From: an uncultured Victivallales bacterium
Lineage (GTDB): Bacteria; Verrucomicrobiota; Kiritimatiellia; UBA8416; CAZWPN01
DNA: 64,000 bases
Reading direction: 5' to 3'
NCBI GenBank assembly: GCA_964635275.1
Contig: CAZWPN010000003.1
Location: forward strand, 800 to 64,799
Shown: piece by piece, positions 55,715 to 64,000 of the stretch
Layout: every line of letters begins with the position of its first letter
Numbering within the stretch: the stretch's first letter is position 1
The notes under the pieces: model-generated
Told to the model about the DNA's origin: nothing
Databases searched by the model: none
The model's input: the letters and a program-made list of their open reading frames with translations, nothing else
Program-made: the position numbers and the translations under genes

Positions 55715-58336
55715 ATGAAACGCCAAGCAGATGAGGGACAGCTTCCGAACTTCAGCACGGGATTCACTTCGCTTGACAAGGTGCTCAAGGGCTTGCTTCC
55801 CGGCGACAATGTTGTCTGGCAGGTGGATGACATCGAGGACTACCGTCCGTTTGTGGATCGGTTTGTGGATTACGGCGTGACGACGGATGTTCCACTAGTC
55901 TACTTCCGTTTTGCCAGTCACCGGCAACTGGTGCCCGAGCGACCGGGGGTCATCATCCACAATGTCGAACCAGAAGCGGGGTTCGAGCGGTTTGTCGGTG
56001 AAATCCTCGATGTAATCGAGCAGAACGGGCGTGGTGCGCTGTATGTCTTTGACGGGTTGTCTGAACTCGCAGTGGACTGGTATAGCGACCGCATGCTTGG
56101 TAATTTCTTCATGATTACGTGTCCCTTCCTCTACAAGTTGGACACCATCACATACTTTGCTCTCTTCAAGAAACACCACTCCTTCCACGCTACCGAGAGC
56201 ATTCACCAGACCGCGCAGGTGATTCTGGATGTCTACCGCAACAGGGACCGCCATTACGTGCAGCCGGTGAAAGTGGATCGGCGCTATTCGCCCACAATGT
56301 ATACGCTGCACGTCTGGGAAGACGACGACTCGTTCGTGCCGGTTACGTCGAGTGCGACGATCTCGGATATTCTGGCAGGCACCCCGCAACCGTGGGTGGA
56401 TTTTGCGATACACAGGCCCGGAATATGGCTGAAGACCATTACCCGCGCGCAGAAGACACTTGACGCTGTCCGTATCGGGCGCGGCTCGCTGCACGAGGTG
56501 CAGGAGTCGTTCCAGCGGCTGTTGCGCAGCGCGATTACGCGGGATGAGAAGTTCATGCCCCTGGCAAAGAGGTACTTCGACCTGAACGATCTGATGACGG
56601 TGACGCAGCGGATGATCGGCACGGGGCTCATCGGCGGAAAGTCGCTGGGCATGCTCCTGGCGCGGGCCGCGATCCGGAAGAACGCACCCGGTCTGCATGA
56701 GCGGATGGAGCCGCACGATTCCTTTTTCGTTGGGTCGGACGTCTTCTATACATATCTCGTGCAGAACGGATGCTGGGAGCCACGGCGAAAGGCCAGTGAT
56801 TTGCCGCAACTTCTGGGGCGGAACGAGGAGTCGCACAAACGACTCTTGAGCGGCGGGTTCCCGGATTACATCCGCCGGCAGTTCATGGAAATGCTGGACT
56901 ACTTCGGCCAGTCTCCCATCATCGTACGGTCCAGCAGTCTGCTGGAGGATAGCTACGGGAATGCGTTCTCGGGTAAGTACGATACGGTATTCTGCGCTAA
57001 CCAGGGTAATCCTGAGCAACGGCTGGAGTCGCTGCTTGACGCCGTGCGCACCGTCTATGCCAGTACTCTGAGCCCCGATGCCCTTTCCTACCGTGCGCAA
57101 CGCGGACTCCTGGATCAGGATGAGCAGATGTCGCTGCTGATTCAGCGGGTGTCTGGTGCGCTGTATGGTAAGCACTACTTTCCGGCGATCGGTGGCGTTG
57201 GGTTCTCCTTCAATCCATTCGTGTGGAGCGAAGAGATTGACCCGAAGGCCGGCATGCTCCGCATAGTTTTCGGCCTCGGCACCCGCGCGGTGGACAGGAC
57301 GAGTGACGACTATACGCGACTGATCGCGCTCAATGCTCCGGAGCGCCGGCCGGAGGCTTCGGCCGAGGACGCCCGGCGCTACGCGCAGCGGCAGGTGGAC
57401 CTGCTCGATCTCGAAAGCAACCGGCTCACTTCCAAACCCTTCGCCGGTGTGCTCGAAGGGATTGGCAACAACTTGCCCATGGAGCTTTTTGCGGTACGTG
57501 AGGCATCGGCCTACACCCCGGAAGGTACCTGGTTTCTGACATTTGACCGCCTGATTTCGGACACGCGTTTTGTGGCAGACATGCGCGCCATGCTGGGAAC
57601 CCTTCAGGCGGCGTACGAGTATCCGGTGGATGTGGAGTTCACGGTCAACTTTCTTCTAAAGGGGGACTACCGCATCAACCTCGTCCAGTGCCGACCGTTC
57701 CAGGTCCGGGTGGCCGGCGACGGGGTTCGTTTGGGAGAGTTGGGCAGGATGCGCCGGGAAGACGTGCTCATGGAGAGCGCCGGTCCCATCATCGGGCAAA
57801 GTACGTTGGTGTCGGTGGATCGCCTCGTCTACGTTGTGCCGCGCGTTTACGGCAAACTAAGCGTGAGCGATAGGCACGCGGTCGCCCGTAACATCGGGAA
57901 ACTCAACCGGCTGGCGCTGGCCGAGCATCCGCGGCCGACTGTGATGTTGGCGGGCCCGGGTCGCTGGGCGACGACGACGCCCGCGTTGGGTGTCCCGGTG
58001 AGTTTCGCGGAAATCAACGCGGCCTCGGTCGTCTGCGAGATTGCGGCAATGCACGAGGGGCTTGTTCCGGATGTGTCCCTGGGGACACACTTCTTCAACG
58101 ATCTGGTGGAGATGAACATGCTCTACCTCGCGGTTTCGCCGGAGCAACCGGGGCACGTATTGAACGCGGAGCGAATCGAGGCGCTTCCCAACCGTCTGGC
58201 CGAGTTGTTGCCGGATTCCGCCTCGCTGGCGTCGGTCCTGCACGTTGTGGATACCGGGGGTGTGCCCGGCGGATTACGGATCCGGCTGCACGCCGACAGT
58301 ATAAAACAGAAAGCCGTATGTTACGTTGGGCAGTAG
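55715..58336 (+). CDS. PEP/pyruvate-binding (PPDK_N) domain protein with an N-terminal degenerate RecA/KaiC-like domain
   Basis: STGFTSLDKVLKGLLPGDNVV (no GKT), IGGKSLG, IIVRSSSLLEDSYGNAFSGKY, MSLLIQRVSG, FGLGTRAV, DVEF, VQCRP, GPGRW, SLGTHFF. Start ATG 55715 or 55697. Confidence 0.85.
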   Translation: MKRQADEGQLPNFSTGFTSLDKVLKGLLPGDNVVWQVDDIEDYRPFVDRFVDYGVTTDVPLVYFRFASHRQLVPERPGVIIHNVEPEAGFERFVGEILDVIEQNGRGALYVFDGLSELAVDWYSDRMLGNFFMITCPFLYKLDTITYFALFKKHHSFHATESIHQTAQVILDVYRNRDRHYVQPVKVDRRYSPTMYTLHVWEDDDSFVPVTSSATISDILAGTPQPWVDFAIHRPGIWLKTITRAQKTLDAVRIGRGSLHEVQESFQRLLRSAITRDEKFMPLAKRYFDLNDLMTVTQRMIGTGLIGGKSLGMLLARAAIRKNAPGLHERMEPHDSFFVGSDVFYTYLVQNGCWEPRRKASDLPQLLGRNEESHKRLLSGGFPDYIRRQFMEMLDYFGQSPIIVRSSSLLEDSYGNAFSGKYDTVFCANQGNPEQRLESLLDAVRTVYASTLSPDALSYRAQRGLLDQDEQMSLLIQRVSGALYGKHYFPAIGGVGFSFNPFVWSEEIDPKAGMLRIVFGLGTRAVDRTSDDYTRLIALNAPERRPEASAEDARRYAQRQVDLLDLESNRLTSKPFAGVLEGIGNNLPMELFAVREASAYTPEGTWFLTFDRLISDTRFVADMRAMLGTLQAAYEYPVDVEFTVNFLLKGDYRINLVQCRPFQVRVAGDGVRLGELGRMRREDVLMESAGPIIGQSTLVSVDRLVYVVPRVYGKLSVSDRHAVARNIGKLNRLALAEHPRPTVMLAGPGRWATTTPALGVPVSFAEINAASVVCEIAAMHEGLVPDVSLGTHFFNDLVEMNMLYLAVSPEQPGHVLNAERIEALPNRLAELLPDSASLASVLHVVDTGGVPGGLRIRLHADSIKQKAVCYVGQ

Positions 58337-58474
58337 CTGATAGTTGTATCTTTTGGTACACATGCCATGAAGAGAAACGAGCCGGGGCAGCAGGAAAGGT
58401 TCTTCAATGTCGGCGCTTCCGGGTTTAGAGTGGGTAGCCCCAATATCTTGTGGTCCAAGAAGTCGAAATCGTGA

Positions 58475-58544
58475 AAGTGGGTCGGTTAAGGGTATCCGAG
58501 TAAGTGGGTCGGTTAAGGGGGCGTGTAAGCGGGTCGGTTAAGGG
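58475..58544 (+). repeat. Left-arm tandem motif AAGYGGGTCGGTTAAGGG x3
   Basis: Copies at 58475-58492, 58502-58519 and 58527-58544. Confidence 0.9.
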
Positions 58545-58565
58545 CGAGAGAAGGATGTTGTGGCG

Positions 58566-59315
58566 ATGACGGAACCATTTGGACATGAGAAGTTGATCGT
58601 CTACCAGAAGGGCATGCGTTTCGTTGTCCTCCGGGGGGCGCTGCTGGAGCAACTGCCTCGGCGAGTGGCGGCATGCGATCATCTGGAGCGTGGCGCGGAG
58701 AGCATCCTGCTCAACATCGCTCACGCCAGTAGCACATGGTCTGCGAACGAGCGGATCGTATACTTGGGACATGCCAACGGTTCCGCCTTGGAGTGCGCGG
58801 CCTGCCTGGATGTACTGGCCGCCAAGAACCTGCTGGGCGTGGACGAAGTCCGCCCTGGCAAGAGCATCCTGGCCGAGATCGTCTGCATGCTCATCACGAT
58901 GCGCAAGACGGCCGCCAGCAGGGTTTGTGAAGACCATGCGGGTTATCGGACGAGAATGGGGCGACTATTCGATCATGAGGACCTGGACGTCTATCAGGCC
59001 GCCATCCAGGTTGTCGCCTGGCTTGAGACGTTTTGGGGTGTGGCTTCCTGCAGCGCCGATCTGCGAACGAAGCTCGACAAGTCGACGACCTCGATCGTTC
59101 TCAACATCGCCGAGGGCAATGGTCGCTTTACGGGCCATGATCAGGCGGGGTTCTACGAAACCGCCTACAAGGCCACCATCCAGTCGGCATCGCTTGTCGA
59201 TCTTGCCACCGCAGACGGCGTCGCTGACGTGGCGCGAGTGGAAGCGGGCCGCGAACTGCTCCGCCGGATTGCGGCCATGCTCACTGCACTCTCCAAGGTG
59301 GCAGCACATGCTTGA
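58566..59315 (+). CDS. Tandem (two-domain) four helix bundle protein (TIGR02436 / 23S-IVP / bAvd-like)
   Basis: Domain 1: FGHEKLIVYQK...AESILLNIAHA...SALECAACLD. Domain 2: FDHEDLDVYQ...STTSIVLNIAEGNGR. Start ATG 58566 or GTG 58560. Confidence 0.85.
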   Translation: MTEPFGHEKLIVYQKGMRFVVLRGALLEQLPRRVAACDHLERGAESILLNIAHASSTWSANERIVYLGHANGSALECAACLDVLAAKNLLGVDEVRPGKSILAEIVCMLITMRKTAASRVCEDHAGYRTRMGRLFDHEDLDVYQAAIQVVAWLETFWGVASCSADLRTKLDKSTTSIVLNIAEGNGRFTGHDQAGFYETAYKATIQSASLVDLATADGVADVARVEAGRELLRRIAAMLTALSKVAAHA

Positions 59316-59328
59316 CACACTTCATCGT

Positions 59329-59380
59329 ACCCTTAACCGAACCCTTAACCGCGCCCCTTACTCGGATACCCTTAACCGAC
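59329..59380 (+). repeat. Right-arm tandem motif ACCCTTAACCG x3 (reverse complement of the left-arm core)
   Basis: Copies at 59329-59339, 59341-59351 and 59368-59378. Confidence 0.9.
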
Positions 59381-59462
59381 TCGCTTAATCGACATGACAG
59401 CAGGAGGAGCGACACAACATGTTGGGCTACCCACACCAAACCCGGAAGGACCAGATTCTTCA

Positions 59463-60140
59463 ATGTCAAAACGTACCGACATGACCCTTATGCCCATCCA
59501 TGGCGTTGTCTTCGATATGGATGGGGTTCTTTGTGACTCGGAGCCCTTCATCTGTGAAGCGGCCATGACGATGTTCCTGAGGCAGCATGGCACGCGTGTG
59601 GTTGCGGAAGACTTTGCGCCTTTCGTCGGAGCGGGTGAGAACCGTTACCTGGGCGGGGTGGCGGAGAAATACGGACTGGCGCTCGACCTTGAGAGGGACA
59701 AGAAGGCAACCTACGATATCTACCTGGAAATCATCCGGGGCCGCCTGCAGCCCCTTCCGGGTGTGCGGGAGTTCATACAGCGATGTCGTCAACTTGGTCG
59801 TCGCCTTGCGGTCGCCACCAGCGCGGACCGCGTCAAGATGGACGGGAACCTGAAGGAAATCGGGCTGTCGCCAGAATTGTTCGACACCTGCGTGAACGGC
59901 CTGGAGGTGGCGCGCAAGAAGCCGTTCCCGGACATTTTTCTGGAGGCATGCCGCCGTCTGAACCTGCCGCCGGCGGAGTGCCTGGTGGTGGAGGACGCGA
60001 CAAACGGGATTCGCGCGGGCAAGGCTGCCGGATGCCGGTGTCTTGGACTGACAACCAGTTTCAAAGCCGAGGCGCTCCTGGCGGAGGGGGCGGACTGGAT
60101 CGCGCGCGACCTTGCCGATGTGCCGGATGTCCTGAGGTGA
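59463..60140 (+). CDS. HAD superfamily hydrolase (beta-PGM/CbbY-like phosphatase)
   Basis: FDMDGVLCDSE, VATSA, RKKPFPDIF, VVEDATNGIRAGKAAG; start ATG 59463, 59481 or 59490. Confidence 0.92.
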   Translation: MSKRTDMTLMPIHGVVFDMDGVLCDSEPFICEAAMTMFLRQHGTRVVAEDFAPFVGAGENRYLGGVAEKYGLALDLERDKKATYDIYLEIIRGRLQPLPGVREFIQRCRQLGRRLAVATSADRVKMDGNLKEIGLSPELFDTCVNGLEVARKKPFPDIFLEACRRLNLPPAECLVVEDATNGIRAGKAAGCRCLGLTTSFKAEALLAEGADWIARDLADVPDVLR

Positions 60141-63100
60141 TTACCCCGCAAAGCGGCGCGCGTTGATGAACATCCGGAACCAGGGGCCTGCCTCGCCTGT
60201 CAAGAAACCCTGCGGGCGGTATGACATCTGGATCGCGCGGAAGAGCCGCTCCGGGTGCGGCATCAGAATCGTCACCCGGCCATCCGTCGTGGTCAGGCCC
60301 GTGATGCCGTGAGGCGATCCATTAGGGTTGAAGGGGTAGCGCTCGATAGGATTGCCGTAGTTGTCTACGTAACGCACGCAAACGAGACCGCGTTTTGTCA
60401 CCTCATCCTGTGATCCCGTGATGCTGAAGTCTGCGAAGCCCTCTCCGTGGGCGGTGGGAACGGGTATGATTGCGCCTTCCATCCCGGTGAGGAATATGGA
60501 CGGTGAGGGTTCAATGGCCACTGTGACGTAGCGGGCCTCAAACTGCTCGGAGCGATTGCGTGTGAAGGCAGGCCAGTGCTCGGCACCGGGGATAATGCCC
60601 TTGAGCTGAGACACCATCTGGCACCCGTTGCAGACACCCAGCGCAAAAGTGTCCGGCCTCTGGAAGAACCTATGGAACTGTTCGCGTATGCCCTCGTTGA
60701 ACAGAATGGACTTTGCCCAGCCGGCGCCTGCGCCCAGAACGTCGCCATAGGAGAATCCGCCGCACGCCACCAGGCCCGCAAAGTCCTTCAGTTTGACCTG
60801 GCCGGAAAGCAGATCCGTCATGTGTACGTCTATGGCGGCGAAACCGGCCCGATCGAACGCCGCAGCCATTTCGACCTGACCATTGACGCCCTGTTCCCTG
60901 AGAATGGCCACGGGGGGACGGCGGGTTGTGATGCTGAACGCCGGCTCCGGATCGTAGGGCAACCGGAATGTCATCCCCGGATCGCGCTCGTCCAGAAGGT
61001 TGTCAAATTCCTGCCGCGCACAGACCGGGTTGTCCCGCAGCGCTTGCATGCGGTGCGTGAGCGCGGACCACTGGCGATTGAGCCACGTCACGGTCTCGCT
61101 GAAGACGCGTCGGGTGCCCACCGTGATCGTGAGGCGGCTGTCTTCGGAAGGCGCGCCGATGCGGTGGCTTATCGTATCCAGTCCGTGCTCGTTAAGCACG
61201 ACGTCCACGTCTTGCAGGTTTTCCCGGGCAACTTGCAGGACGACGCCGAGTTCCTCGGAGAACAGGATGGGGAGAGGGTCTCTTCCGAGTCCGTGCAACA
61301 CTATGTTAAGACCCCGTCTTCCGCCGATGGCCATCTCGGCCAGCGTCACCAGCAGCCCGCCGTCGGAACGGTCATGGCAGGCCAGGAGGAGTCCCTTCTG
61401 GACCAGCTCCTGCATTGCCTTGAAGAAGCGTCCGAACAGGGCGGGATCGTCGATATCCGGAGCCTGATCGCCGACCTGGTTGAAGACCTGGGCGAGAGCA
61501 GAGCCACCCAGTCGGTGGCGGCTGTCGCCGAGATCCACGAGGATGAGCGCGGATTCGCCAGGCTTGATGTCGGGCGTGACAGTAAGGCGGGCGTCTCGTA
61601 CGGGCGCGAAACTGCTGACAATCAGGCTAAGCGGAGAGACCATCTTCTCCGGCGTGCCGTCGGGCGCCTGCCATACGGTTCGCATGGAGAGCGAGTCTTT
61701 GCCGACGGGGATGGATATCCCGAGTTTGGGGCAGAGGTCGCGGGCTACGGTGTGGACGGTATCGAAGAGGTTGGCATCCTCACCCGGTTCGCCGCAGGCG
61801 CACATCCAGTTGGCCGAGAGTTTGATGTTGCCCATCGACCCGATGTTGACGCCGACCAGATTGGTGATGGCTTCGCCGATGGCCATGCGGCCCGAGGCAG
61901 GCGCGGAAATGAGCGCCAGGCTGGTGCGCTCGCCCATGGCCATTGCCTGACCTGTGAACCCGGCGAAAGAGGTCAGTACGACCGCGCAATCGGCGATCGG
62001 GGTCTGGTATGGTCCGACCATCTGGTCGCGGGCTACGAGGCCGGTGATGCTGCGATCGGCGATGGTGATAAGAAACGTCTTGCTTGCCACGGCCGGGAGC
62101 TGCAACACACGTTCAACAGCTTCGCGAATCCGCATTTCAGGGAGGGTCAGCGACGTGTGACGGGGCGGGAGGTGGGTGACGTCGCGCTTCATTCGCGGCG
62201 GTTTCCCGAGGATCACCCCGATATCAATGTCGATCGGCCGGGTGGCGGAGTGTGCATCTTCGAGCGAGAGTCGCCGGTTTCCGGTGGCTTCGCCGATGAC
62301 GGCGTGCGGGCAGCGCTCGCGGCGGCACAGCGCCTCGAATATGGCCAGGGATTCGGGCCGGATGCACAGGACGTAGCGCTCCTGGGCCTCGCAGCACCAG
62401 ATCTCCATGGGGCTCAGGGAGCGGTCCTCGCTGGGCACCTTGCGCAGCCAGAAGTGCCCGCCGGTTTCGGCTATGAGTTCGGGGCATCCGTTGGAAAGCC
62501 CGCCTGCCCCGATGTCGTGGATGCTAAGGATAGGATTCGCGTCACCCAGTGCAATGCAACCGTCAATGACTTCCTGACAACGCCTTTCCATTTCGGCATT
62601 GCCGCGCTGCACTGAGTCGAAATCGAGTTCGATGCGGTTGCTGCCTGTGGCCATTGACGAAGCCGCTCCACCGCCCAGGCCGATACGCATGGCCGGACCG
62701 CCGAGTTGCACGATCAACCCGCTGGGCGGGATCGCGTGTTTACGGATATGGCGGCGCTTGACGACACCCATTCCTCCGGCGACCATGATTGGCTTGTGGT
62801 AACCGCGGTGGCGTCCATTGTGGATATCCTCGTAAGTTCTGAAAAGCCCGCACAACTGCGGGCGCCCGAACTCATTGCCGTAGCCTGCTCCGCCGATTGG
62901 ACCTTCCAGCATGATCTGGAGCGGAGTGGCCAGGCGGGCGGGGAAAGACGTTGCATCCCTTTCCCAGGGCATTATGAACCCTGGCACGCGAAGATTCGAA
63001 ACCATGAAGGCGCTCAGGCCGGCGCGGCTCTTGCCTCCGATTCCGGTGGCGCATTCATCACGGATCTCGCCGCCTACGCCGGTGGCGGCGCCGGGGAAGG

Positions 63101-64000
63101 GGCAGATGGCCGTCGGGTGGTTATGTGTCTCCACCTTCATTATCAGGTCAATCTGGTCCGGCTGGTGGCGGTAAAGGCGTGAGCCGTCGCGGCTGACTTC
63201 GAACCACTCGTCGTCGAATCCCTCGACAACGGCCGAATTATCTTCGTACGCTACCAACGTGCCGGCGGGGTGCGCCTTGTGCGTCTCGCGGATCATCCCG
63301 AACAGCGTTGTGTCGCGGGGTTGGCCGTCAATCACCCACTCGGCGTTGAAGATCTTGTGGCGGCAGTGCTCGGAGTTCACCTGGCCGAACATGACCAGTT
63401 CGACGTCGGTGGGGTTATGGCCGGCGGAGCTGTATGCCTCGAAGAGGTATGCTATTTCGTCATCGCTCAGCGCCAGGCCCAGTTCCTGATTGGCCTTGTG
63501 GATGGCATGGATGCCCTCGCGCTGGATGTCAAACACCTTCAATTGCCCGGCCTCGGGATGGGCGAAGAGGTCCGAGATGTCGGTGTATACACCCTCCGTC
63601 ATTCGATCATGAAGAAGCGATAGCGCCGGTTGCAGCGTGGCGATCGGGATGACGCTGCTTCTGACGTTCCGGATTTCGTAGTAGATGCCGCGCTCGACGC
63701 GGAGCACCTCGGCCAGCCCGCAGTTGTGAAAGATGTCCGTCGCCTTTGATGACCATGGGGAAACGGTGCCTTTACGCGGCGTTACCAGGAAGCCCTGTCC
63801 GGCTGAAAACATGCGGCTTGTTCCCAGCAGCGAGGCGGTCTTTGCGAAGGCCGCCTGGTCAAGGTCCGCACCGCGAAGTTCGAGACAGTAGACGAAGGAG
63901 GCATCCATCTGACCAATCTCGGCGGCGGGAAGCAAACGCTGGAGCCCGTCCAGGATTGTGCTCAGGCGGAATGGAGAGAACGCCGAACTTCCCTGCAACA
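60141..64000 (-). CDS. purL: Phosphoribosylformylglycinamidine synthase, large single-chain form; true start probably just outside the window
   Basis: [62 protein letters not shown]; the TTG at 63998 is likely an internal Leu a few codons after the real start. Confidence 0.96.
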   Translation of the reverse strand, partial: LQGSSAFSPFRLSTILDGLQRLLPAAEIGQMDASFVYCLELRGADLDQAAFAKTASLLGTSRMFSAGQGFLVTPRKGTVSPWSSKATDIFHNCGLAEVLRVERGIYYEIRNVRSSVIPIATLQPALSLLHDRMTEGVYTDISDLFAHPEAGQLKVFDIQREGIHAIHKANQELGLALSDDEIAYLFEAYSSAGHNPTDVELVMFGQVNSEHCRHKIFNAEWVIDGQPRDTTLFGMIRETHKAHPAGTLVAYEDNSAVVEGFDDEWFEVSRDGSRLYRHQPDQIDLIMKVETHNHPTAICPFPGAATGVGGEIRDECATGIGGKSRAGLSAFMVSNLRVPGFIMPWERDATSFPARLATPLQIMLEGPIGGAGYGNEFGRPQLCGLFRTYEDIHNGRHRGYHKPIMVAGGMGVVKRRHIRKHAIPPSGLIVQLGGPAMRIGLGGGAASSMATGSNRIELDFDSVQRGNAEMERRCQEVIDGCIALGDANPILSIHDIGAGGLSNGCPELIAETGGHFWLRKVPSEDRSLSPMEIWCCEAQERYVLCIRPESLAIFEALCRRERCPHAVIGEATGNRRLSLEDAHSATRPIDIDIGVILGKPPRMKRDVTHLPPRHTSLTLPEMRIREAVERVLQLPAVASKTFLITIADRSITGLVARDQMVGPYQTPIADCAVVLTSFAGFTGQAMAMGERTSLALISAPASGRMAIGEAITNLVGVNIGSMGNIKLSANWMCACGEPGEDANLFDTVHTVARDLCPKLGISIPVGKDSLSMRTVWQAPDGTPEKMVSPLSLIVSSFAPVRDARLTVTPDIKPGESALILVDLGDSRHRLGGSALAQVFNQVGDQAPDIDDPALFGRFFKAMQELVQKGLLLACHDRSDGGLLVTLAEMAIGGRRGLNIVLHGLGRDPLPILFSEELGVVLQVARENLQDVDVVLNEHGLDTISHRIGAPSEDSRLTITVGTRRVFSETVTWLNRQWSALTHRMQALRDNPVCARQEFDNLLDERDPGMTFRLPYDPEPAFSITTRRPPVAILREQGVNGQVEMAAAFDRAGFAAIDVHMTDLLSGQVKLKDFAGLVACGGFSYGDVLGAGAGWAKSILFNEGIREQFHRFFQRPDTFALGVCNGCQMVSQLKGIIPGAEHWPAFTRNRSEQFEARYVTVAIEPSPSIFLTGMEGAIIPVPTAHGEGFADFSITGSQDEVTKRGLVCVRYVDNYGNPIERYPFNPNGSPHGITGLTTTDGRVTILMPHPERLFRAIQMSYRPQGFLTGEAGPWFRMFINARRFAG

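Larger units (their letters stand above)
58400..59467. mobile_element. Transposase-less cassette: four-helix-bundle gene with nested inverted repeats and a 12-bp flanking direct repeat
   Basis: DR TTCTTCAATGTC at 58400-58411 and 59456-59467; outer IR 58416-58440 / 59424-59448 (23/25 complementary); inner IR 58481-58504 / 59357-59380 (24/24). Mobility itself is inferred. Confidence 0.7.

Noticed and set aside
58400-59467. Reading the cassette repeats as a CRISPR array, IS element or DGR
   Set aside because: Units are short and irregularly spaced with no unique spacers or cas genes. There is no transposase and no reverse transcriptase or TR/VR pair in the window.
60130-60150. Zero-gap tail-to-tail junction of the HAD gene and purL
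   Set aside because: Abutting or overlapping convergent stops recur in this compact window (24935-24945, 40855-40858) and need no special explanation.
60576-62615. 679-aa plus-strand ORF
   Set aside because: Antisense shadow of purL with no recognisable domain.

Overview
A gene-dense, high-GC chromosomal window from a Gram-negative bacterium. PVC superphylum (Kiritimatiellota/Lentisphaerota/Verrucomicrobiota-like) is my inference from DUF2851, a double-length UvrA, FGE-domain and BBP2-type barrel genes. Most of it is housekeeping and envelope biology: degP, uvrA, pgpA, gpmI, comM/yifB, miaB, recN, trmB, lpxK, waaF, murJ and purL, plus an actP acetate-uptake operon and a GldAFG-like ABC cluster. 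I saw no rRNA, tRNA, CRISPR array or transposase. The three most interesting observations are: (1) a transposase-less ~1.04 kb cassette (58412-59455) carrying a tandem four-helix-bundle (bAvd/23S-IVP-like) gene, enclosed by nested long inverted repeats with G-U wobbles and flanked by a 12-bp direct repeat that contains the start codon of the downstream HAD gene; (2) a membrane-anchored sCache_2-PAS-CBS-DUF294 nucleotidyltransferase plus a metallophosphoesterase, facing an outer-membrane barrel-DUF485-actP operon, a candidate carboxylate-sensing writer/eraser system; (3) a stand-alone sigma-70 region-2-like protein ending in a MinD-like membrane-targeting helix. All calls come from reading motifs by eye; no database searches were run. 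Start codons were refined by hand and are uncertain where stated.
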